Source: a virus. From it: 64,000 nt of DNA. The position numbers were made by a program, and so were the translations under genes. The stretch's first letter is position 1. Every line of letters begins with the position of its first letter. Location: the IMG/VR virus record IMGVR_UViG_3300027712_000018; one strand, given 5' to 3'. The notes under the pieces are model-generated. The model ran no database searches. It saw only the letters and a program-made list of their open reading frames with translations, and was not told the DNA's origin. This document shows, piece by piece, positions 58,801-64,000 of the stretch.

Positions 58801-58849
58801 CAAAATCATCATAGTACGGTGCGCCCGTTAAATTTGTATTTAAACTCAT
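52850..58849 (-). CDS. Very large virion structural protein (VrlC/DUF4815-like)
   Basis: PYYDDFD..FHRILFKPG..QAREMTQLQ, APGADRLK, RLEYYSALSLLE and FKNGILVDNF. Confidence 0.85.
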   Translation of the reverse strand: MSLNTNLTGAPYYDDFDTAKNFHRILFKPGVAIQAREMTQLQSILQNQVERFGNNILQEGTIIEGCNFTEIANLKYVKILDLNTNGQPVPMSNYAGAKINGLSTGVTAIVQDYDIGLESQDPDLNTLYIKYTGSGNTDPSIKTFNVSENLELRYLSNNGLIDTVTVAGSVLSIPANAVGDSYGVRVGEGIIYQKGFFTRVDPQLVIVPSYTTASGVTTANRYTNVPNNAVVGFQTAESLITSDNDISLLDNASGYNNYQAPGADRLKLTPILTVMDKTTAENDQTFFAIQEYMYGKVVRRNLGTQYNGIMNVIEQRTKEESGNYIVKDFPIKTSNNIVTTEVTGIKVGKSYAITNLGSTGTSGFVAIGAPSGATVGTIFTATALGVGDGEVREQALNLDIGSGIAYVEGKRVELLNRTTVDLPKSTSSNTELTQSVSSNYGNYVLVKEYMGAFDFNKAATVNLFNATQTNSTDGSIGANSGVSIGTAKVISVEYDSGTMSSANAYYKMYLSDIKMNISNTTITGASSNGTSFIYVASNNNYTANTKVSITGVNPTTYNLSNQTVTTANATHFTIANTSTGGSYVNNGIATVIGIWDDVKSIVNGIAGTADLVDTTIYDQAFKLRLFTVGRDALKALPAATTSANYIYRSSNVISSIVNTGVASTFTVPTGTFNVSGTLDSTQRKDFMLISGTTTGPYVKDKPIDLSTATMVVTSNQLNITIPAFANSTPIANSVLYYNAKRTAITAPTKKVLETVYVKILCANNSANNTGPWTLGFPDVYKIENIYVGSANSYAAESSANDKKSYFSLNTNQKDDYYGLSTISKKSGLTLTQYSTLLVKLTRFKKSTIDTDYGFFTVSSYPIDDVNTANTSAIQTYNIPSYTATNNMVYDLRDVIDFRMYSVNTAANSTTSASATVNPVSTISFNTNSELYLPTANEPLVTDYSYYLARKDYLMIDASGNLVLKQGTPSDSPIPPNEPSSGMILADITVPEYPSLSSSAAASLNKKRYGVTVTPRSHRRYTMDDVGGIDSRVNRLEYYSALSLLETDTKNLMITDANGLNRFKNGILVDNFSNLMGADLFDPDFSAGYDADTEEVIPRFREYPLHIKKDIGINDNNIRYYNNSFTIKDTNNRILIRQPYATYHKETVVNTYDNTGTIQIYPYYDLGKDTIITPEPSGLGDPIYEYSADGLSVKTSTLTYKNGGWYNWGYHSGKWQWVSSTVSTSTFNSAFARPQDIRIKVTGLKPKTRYWVFVDGQATNVLPGHYTSGTDITSISSGYGTRDTSEAIHGDWIHDTSALWSESGEMSVLSDSKGEMLAVLNIPPNNLKVGEHKIQVYESAKLGTTTVATAIYSAYNDGDAHGFAKGREYPMPPITFKTGGTYTETSVINVNDTLVFDYLSQTFTIKRTMGNDSVIVTDTIDLYFQAKPAASTGHGVTIQIVGTKNDRPNPSEILASKYVPNESINANTTSEAATTISFDDLIILKTDTTYAIVIIPDAHDPSFRMWIARSGDKDVIKQISVTKDTFTGTLFTSTNGLAWTPNNTDNLKFTFYNNEYSGTGVSYLTNDDHEFFTITPTGTTYIDNKGHTYGSNFTADEIVVKLNANISLASITTNSSLKTISTNTDLTGTFSSGNWLGYWAVGANNNIVVDAVKITAANSTVITLDRAPFYSNTSANVFKAVTGTVSYYNASSNLLHLRGSSNPIGASVASTQKFVVGDTIRGIKSNCSATISSIDALNVSTMRAKVDQYNYTNTSTKYQLDFIAGPSPSFIRNDTNQPISVTQEIPYHKYLGTIPSASLQTQQGFRISATLNNNFSGVKDSTPIVNYKSGIINVFEHIINNDSNNEILPIGGNALTKFITKPVTLEENLDAEDLKVYLTAYRPTGAKIEVYARFKHKSDQRPLGEVEWTKLTLKDSTNLTSSVSDLYDYREFEYYMPVGAVLGANAGAILDSSNGNKITYKDAGGAIYIGYKYFAIKIVLLGEAHNVVPKVKNLRAIALT

Positions 58850-58863
58850 GTGTTTTAAGCCTC

Positions 58864-61413
58864 TTAAAATTCAATAATTAGTTTTATTTTTTCGGTTTGG
58901 TTTGGGTCACGTGTAATCGGTGAGAAGTTCTCTACATAAAGAATTTCACCAGAACCGTCAATAACGGAATTGCGTGAATAGTCTCTTCCCGTGAGTTTCG
59001 CTGTCGCACCGTTAGTTTGTCCTATGAATGTATTTATTGTCGCTGAAGCATCATCAGATAGATTAAACGTTCCCTGTACGCCATTTAGACTTATGACACT
59101 GACTAAATCGACAGTCGAGACTGCCACGTTAGCACCACTTGTTTGACCCACTAGATAGTTGAGTGTAGTTGTACCAGTTTGAAATGTTCCTGTGATGTTC
59201 TTCAAAGTTAGTTTGGTGTTATTTCTAATGGCGACCTGACCTGTTGCACCAGTATTTGCTTGAACGACAACTTCATTCGTGATAAAGTTGGCCGCAGAGT
59301 TTGTAGATAAGACGAGTTGAGAGACTGTCTCGTTTGTGTGGACATAACCCAATCCGTTTGCTTGGAATGTATTATCAACCGAAGACACCGTAGAAATTAT
59401 GCCAGTCACATAACCAGTGATAGTATTAACAGTCGTATTACCACCGATAAATGATCCATAGTTAGGATTTACGACGATGGTATTATTGTAACGGTCAATG
59501 ATAGTTCCGTTTGCAGTAACCGTCGATCCATTATACTGAGTAATCAATTCGCCATCATTATACAGATATGCGGGATTAAGCAATCCAGTGTTTGCAAGAT
59601 TATTTATGGTCAATTTAATAATGTTAGAACTAATCAGATTTAGTCCTGTTTGAATAACCAATTCATCGTTTGCAAAACCGACACTGCTTGGGCCGAGATT
59701 TGTTATGTCTGCTTGGAATATCTGGCGTTGATCAAATGTATTGAATCCACGGTCAAGTGATAGAACCGATGTGTTTGCAAGACTTGTTTGACCCACAATA
59801 TAGTTAGCGGTAGTGTTACCTGTTGAAAAGAATCCACTGATTGACCCAAGTCTCAATGTAGTCCCAGAACGATTGATGACCTGACCTTTGGCGCCTGTGT
59901 TGGCTTGGAGTACATATTCGCCAGCACTGAACGCTGTTGCAGAAGATCCAAGAGTGATTTCCACGTTGGCGAAAGATGGGTCTTTAATAATAGAAACACG
60001 ACGATAGTCATTAGTCGTTGGGATGGTACTAGATTCACTATTGGCGAATGCGACACCAATACCAATTCTTGATGCATACAATTCGTTAACTGGATCAGAA
60101 CCATGACCTTTAGGAGGAGAAATGATTGCACGAGCTTTAGCACTAGTAGTGTTAACGTAAGTCGAAGTGTTTGAGATGTTCCCCGTGTTCGCAATCAAAG
60201 TGATGTTGGCATAAGTATAACCCGAACCAGAATTGATGATTTCGATATCACCAATAGAGTTAGCGGTTGGATTTACAATAGCTACTGCACCAGCATTCAC
60301 GCCGTCACCCGTAATGATAACTCTTGGGCCAATTTCATAGATTGACGAAGTATCGGGAACGATATCTAATGAAGCATTCAAAATAACTGAACGAGCATCA
60401 CCAGCACTGATGTACGATGTAATTGTTCTTAATTGTCCCGCCCCTTTGCCGGATCTTATATAGAACGAGTTGTTATCGTAGAAGTGACTGGTAGGATTTA
60501 GCGAAGCGTTTAGAGGCGTCACAGAATTGATCACCGATGTAGTACCACTGCTTTGACCTACTAAATTTGCAGTAGCAACAAAAGCTCTATCAACGTTAAC
60601 CACACGAACCGTATTGTTACCCGTGAACACAGCCACGACAACGCCATTAGAAGTTTTAGATTGATAAAGAGAAGATACTTTTTCTTCTTTGAACCCTGTT
60701 ACGTTGGCAACAGTAACATCATATTCCAAATATTTATCGCTTGACAAAGCATACACTAATGTGTTACCGTTTACCGTAGATTCTTTAATTGTGCCAGTAG
60801 CGTAACTATTATATTGAGACCCTGGATTAGTAATAATGATTGTGTTGATAGCACCAGAAATTGCATTACCACTCACATTAGCGTTTGGAATAATTGGAAC
60901 AAATTCTGCAGTAGCGAATTTGCTGTATGTAGTTTGGTCAATCGTGTACATATACTTCCACTGATAACCATCGGCCGTTGTATACAGTTGATCGTCTGCA
61001 GAAGTCTCTGAGAACAATGGTTGGCTTGTGGAGGCAATACCGCCGTAGTTGTTCAGACATTTGAATACGTGATAACTACCCGATTCAGTTGACACGACGA
61101 AGAAGTTTTTTGTTTCCAAATCAAAAGAGATGTCATCATACATGGCATATTTAGTACCTGATGTCCACACATAGTTTTTAATCATATGTTTCACATCATC
61201 GGGCGATAAGTGTTTACCAAAAATCAGATCATCGTATATGTTATAATACTTACCTTGCATTGTATTGTCAATGGAAGGCGGATTGATGTCGTCAGTAAAT
61301 GGAATGCTTCTGTGAGCTCCCACATAATAGATGGTGTTAGAAGATTCACTAAAAGACTCTAGAAACTGAGCCGCAGAGTGTGTTCTGAAATTGGTAGTTA
61401 ATAACTTAGGCAT
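58864..61413 (-). CDS. 8: Baseplate wedge protein (gp8-like) with inserted repeats
   Basis: VFKCLNN, DGYQWKYMY, ISPPKGHG, SGEILYVEN..ITR..QTEKIKLIIEF. Confidence 0.85.
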   Translation of the reverse strand: MPKLLTTNFRTHSAAQFLESFSESSNTIYYVGAHRSIPFTDDINPPSIDNTMQGKYYNIYDDLIFGKHLSPDDVKHMIKNYVWTSGTKYAMYDDISFDLETKNFFVVSTESGSYHVFKCLNNYGGIASTSQPLFSETSADDQLYTTADGYQWKYMYTIDQTTYSKFATAEFVPIIPNANVSGNAISGAINTIIITNPGSQYNSYATGTIKESTVNGNTLVYALSSDKYLEYDVTVANVTGFKEEKVSSLYQSKTSNGVVVAVFTGNNTVRVVNVDRAFVATANLVGQSSGTTSVINSVTPLNASLNPTSHFYDNNSFYIRSGKGAGQLRTITSYISAGDARSVILNASLDIVPDTSSIYEIGPRVIITGDGVNAGAVAIVNPTANSIGDIEIINSGSGYTYANITLIANTGNISNTSTYVNTTSAKARAIISPPKGHGSDPVNELYASRIGIGVAFANSESSTIPTTNDYRRVSIIKDPSFANVEITLGSSATAFSAGEYVLQANTGAKGQVINRSGTTLRLGSISGFFSTGNTTANYIVGQTSLANTSVLSLDRGFNTFDQRQIFQADITNLGPSSVGFANDELVIQTGLNLISSNIIKLTINNLANTGLLNPAYLYNDGELITQYNGSTVTANGTIIDRYNNTIVVNPNYGSFIGGNTTVNTITGYVTGIISTVSSVDNTFQANGLGYVHTNETVSQLVLSTNSAANFITNEVVVQANTGATGQVAIRNNTKLTLKNITGTFQTGTTTLNYLVGQTSGANVAVSTVDLVSVISLNGVQGTFNLSDDASATINTFIGQTNGATAKLTGRDYSRNSVIDGSGEILYVENFSPITRDPNQTEKIKLIIEF

Positions 61414-61423
61414 CTATTGTTCC

Positions 61424-62686
61424 TTACATCGCAGTCGTTCTGCCGGTCTCAATCATGGTAGTGCCGTCTGACACAAAGTCTATAACAAAAGTCTTGGCGG
61501 TTACAGTACCAGTGGCAAGAGTTCCAGTAGTCAAGAAACCACTACCAAATGTGATAGTGTATGAAGTAACACCACTTGTGACGATAATTACTGAAGCTCT
61601 AGATCCAGCAGGAGATACCGTAGTCGTGAATGTTGCAGTAGCGTTAGGCGTGACCTTAACTACGGTGTTGGTCGCCAAGGCCATGGCAACAGTTCCAGCA
61701 GTCAATGCGGTGTATCCACCAGCAACTTGTTGTGTTGCTTTGATGTTACCCGTGACCGTAAGTTTTTCGGTCTGAGTAGTAGCGCCGATAGCAACGTTAC
61801 CATTGAAGTAGTTTGGAGCTGTTCCGTTTGCATAAAAGTTATAAGATGTTCCACCGCCAGAAGCAATAGGGTGAGCAGATCCGAAACCTACTACGAGTTT
61901 GCCGGTAGTAACACTAGATGCGGGAATCCCTATGGCATAAAATCCATAATTGTTTGTAGCGCCAAACAGATTGGATTCCGTAGCAAATCCGATTTGGTTT
62001 GTTACAGTAGAAGACGCCCCAAATGTTCCTTGAGTGGCATAATAATGTCTAAGGGTTGGAAGAGTAAACGTTGAATTTGCCGTGCTAGCCACACTAATAA
62101 AATAATTAGCAGTTGTTGTCACATCACTTTGAATGGTGCCACTTAAGTACACTCCATACGACACAGCTTGACCTGTGATATTCTTAGACACCCCAAGGTT
62201 AGTATTATTCGAACCAATAGTACCAATGCCAATGTTACCAAATTCGTTGATTCTCATGCGCTCGGTTAAAGTTCCAGCCTGCATTGTATTGAGTATCATG
62301 AACGAAGATTCTGAAGTACTGGTTGCGTTTATTATTCCAGCGAAAATGGCACCGTACTCTTTACTAGCCCCAACAGAATTTTTACCTCTAAATCTGATAG
62401 TACCTATAAGATCGTTTGGTGCAGGCGATGCACTATTTCTATAAAGAACAAGGTCGGGACTATCGGCTGCACCAAAATCTGTACTCGTAACAACAAGAGC
62501 ATCACCTACACCAGATGAGTTAACCGTAAACGATCCCGACTGTACGTTACCGACAGCGATTCTAAGTTCCGACATTAGAATCTTGTATTCAGTGTTGGCA
62601 CTAAAACCATGCACAAGGAATAGATCAGTGTCAACAATCGCCGATCCCGCAATAGCAGATAAGGCTTTTAGGGTAGTGTTTGCCAT
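61424..62686 (-). CDS. Short fibre-like structural protein (420 aa)
   Basis: ERMRI..GNIGIG module; C-terminal FVSDGTTMIETGR. Confidence 0.65.
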   Translation of the reverse strand: MANTTLKALSAIAGSAIVDTDLFLVHGFSANTEYKILMSELRIAVGNVQSGSFTVNSSGVGDALVVTSTDFGAADSPDLVLYRNSASPAPNDLIGTIRFRGKNSVGASKEYGAIFAGIINATSTSESSFMILNTMQAGTLTERMRINEFGNIGIGTIGSNNTNLGVSKNITGQAVSYGVYLSGTIQSDVTTTANYFISVASTANSTFTLPTLRHYYATQGTFGASSTVTNQIGFATESNLFGATNNYGFYAIGIPASSVTTGKLVVGFGSAHPIASGGGTSYNFYANGTAPNYFNGNVAIGATTQTEKLTVTGNIKATQQVAGGYTALTAGTVAMALATNTVVKVTPNATATFTTTVSPAGSRASVIIVTSGVTSYTITFGSGFLTTGTLATGTVTAKTFVIDFVSDGTTMIETGRTTAM

Positions 62687-64000
62687 TATAGTATATTCTC
62701 CGTGCTTACAATCATCGTGCTTCCGTTAATTATCAAATTTGAACCATTCAATAACAAGTAATCATCAGACCTCTTCAGTGATTTGATACTGCTATTAGAA
62801 GATGAAATGTTTAAATTGGCGGTCGATCTTCTCTCAACACTTCCAAATAATTCATTACCCGCTACGTGTAGGATCTTTTTAACAACATCCTTATATCTAT
62901 TTAGGGACAATCCAGAAATGATATCGTAGGAATATTCTTGATAGTATTTATTGTCGTGAATTTTCTTATCTGAACTCAAATGCGATGTTGTCGTTTTCCA
63001 ATAACCAGAACCGATACCTTGTTTTAACAGTTTACTTGTGCCAGTCATGACATATGGGTTTGTGGTACTTTCTAGATTAACGGAACCATCATTAACATAT
63101 CCAAATCCCGAATCAACAACCGACACAGCAGTGGCCACACCGTTAGCGACAACAACACTACCTGAGATGCTAGCGTTATCGCCAACTACAGTCGCATTAC
63201 TATCGGTCGTAACAGAAAACACAGACCCCGTTGCTTTTGACGTTGCCCCCGTAATATCGGTGCCAGATAAAAATGATACGTTAAAACTAGTACGGCGAAC
63301 GTGTAGTAGTTTATTATCTAGATCGTAACTAATAACAGTACCCTTAGCGGTAGTAGAATCTAATAGGTTTTGTTGAATAATTTCACCGACTTTGAATGAA
63401 CCAAACACACTAGTTAATTTTATATAGAAATCTGAACGGCCATAACTAGCAATATATGGGTTAACAACGTGAATAAACGGATCGGCATTGTAATTGGATC
63501 CTGGGTTAATCTTAGTTAGAGTTCCGATACTACCAATCAAGAAGTTGTCGAATGTCAATAGGTCGCCGATTAGATTAGTAAATCCACCAGCCGGATTTTT
63601 AGGAAATCCATATCCGAAGGTCATATTAATACATAAAGTTGCGACAGTACCGCCTGTTAGAGGTAATGTTAATGTCGGCGTAGTATAATAACCATCACCT
63701 ATGCCAGACATCGTGATTCCAGTAATTCCGCCAGTAGCATCGGTAACAATAGTGCCACTCACTTGCGTATACGGATCGCCGCCTGCTTTACCACCTCCCG
63801 TAAAAGTAACTAAACTACCGTTAGCATATCCAGAACCACTACTAGAAACAGACGCAAACCCCCCACTCACATATGTAGATAAAGAATTTGTATATGCAAT
63901 TGTGAAAGTAGTAGCGTTAGCCGCAGTAATTGTTTGAGCAGATAAATTATAACCAAGTGGATTGATATTAGCGATAGTTACTGTATTACCGACTCCATAC
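62686..64000 (-). CDS. Baseplate wedge protein (gp7-like), partial; frame open to the right edge
   Basis: C-terminal IHDNKYYQEYSY...KILHVAGNELFG; no stop between 63870 and 63999 in frame (YGVGNTVTIANINPLGYNL...). Confidence 0.75.
   Translation of the reverse strand, partial: YGVGNTVTIANINPLGYNLSAQTITAANATTFTIAYTNSLSTYVSGGFASVSSSGSGYANGSLVTFTGGGKAGGDPYTQVSGTIVTDATGGITGITMSGIGDGYYTTPTLTLPLTGGTVATLCINMTFGYGFPKNPAGGFTNLIGDLLTFDNFLIGSIGTLTKINPGSNYNADPFIHVVNPYIASYGRSDFYIKLTSVFGSFKVGEIIQQNLLDSTTAKGTVISYDLDNKLLHVRRTSFNVSFLSGTDITGATSKATGSVFSVTTDSNATVVGDNASISGSVVVANGVATAVSVVDSGFGYVNDGSVNLESTTNPYVMTGTSKLLKQGIGSGYWKTTTSHLSSDKKIHDNKYYQEYSYDIISGLSLNRYKDVVKKILHVAGNELFGSVERRSTANLNISSSNSSIKSLKRSDDYLLLNGSNLIINGSTMIVSTENIL

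Noticed and set aside
34665-63937. Many plus-strand ORFs (up to 242 aa) over fibre and baseplate genes
   Set aside because: Antisense shadows of T/G/A/N-rich minus-strand genes; no promoter or protein motifs.
1-64000. CRISPR array, tRNA genes, introns or inteins
   Set aside because: No regularly spaced repeat-spacer array or cloverleaf seen; core genes (43, 41, 17, 20, 23, 46) are uninterrupted and of ordinary length.
1-64000. Stop-codon reassignment
   Set aside because: Genes are intact under code 11, and TAA, TAG and TGA all end conserved genes at the expected positions.

Overview
This 64 kb window is the core of a T4-like (myovirus) phage genome, with essentially every real gene on the minus strand. 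Reading in transcription order (right to left) it holds: baseplate wedge genes (gp7-like, gp8-like), a 1999-aa VrlC-like virion protein, and about 18 kb of modular tail-fibre/adhesin genes, including an S74-chaperone fibre followed by a glycine-rich gp38-like adhesin. Then come neck, terminase, sheath, tube, portal, prohead and capsid genes (gp13-gp23), gp3, uvsY, uvsW, gp55, gp47/46, a nucleotide/glycosyl-modification trio, gp45/44/62, regA, hsp20, gp43, uvsX, gp41 and small ORFs. At the left end is a late operon with a PD-(D/E)xK-like protein and a ligase-motif protein that runs off the edge. T4 late promoters (TATAAATA), sigma70-type promoters and UUCG-loop terminators are readable. The most interesting signals are: (1) a plus-strand, late-promoter-driven, self-folding non-coding RNA at ~3.0-3.16 kb; (2) two enzymes, one ligase-like (KxDG) and one HAD phosphatase, that both start with a T4-style capsid-targeting peptide, suggesting a virion-delivered nucleic-acid repair pair; (3) pervasive [A/S/G]-N-x and N-x-S/T motifs in virion proteins alongside a phage glycosyltransferase; (4) a ROSE-like RNA thermometer on hsp20; (5) a perfect antisense sigma70 promoter beside gp55/uvsW; and (6) DNA-level direct repeats bounding fibre modules. 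All family calls come from motif recognition and synteny only; no searches were run.
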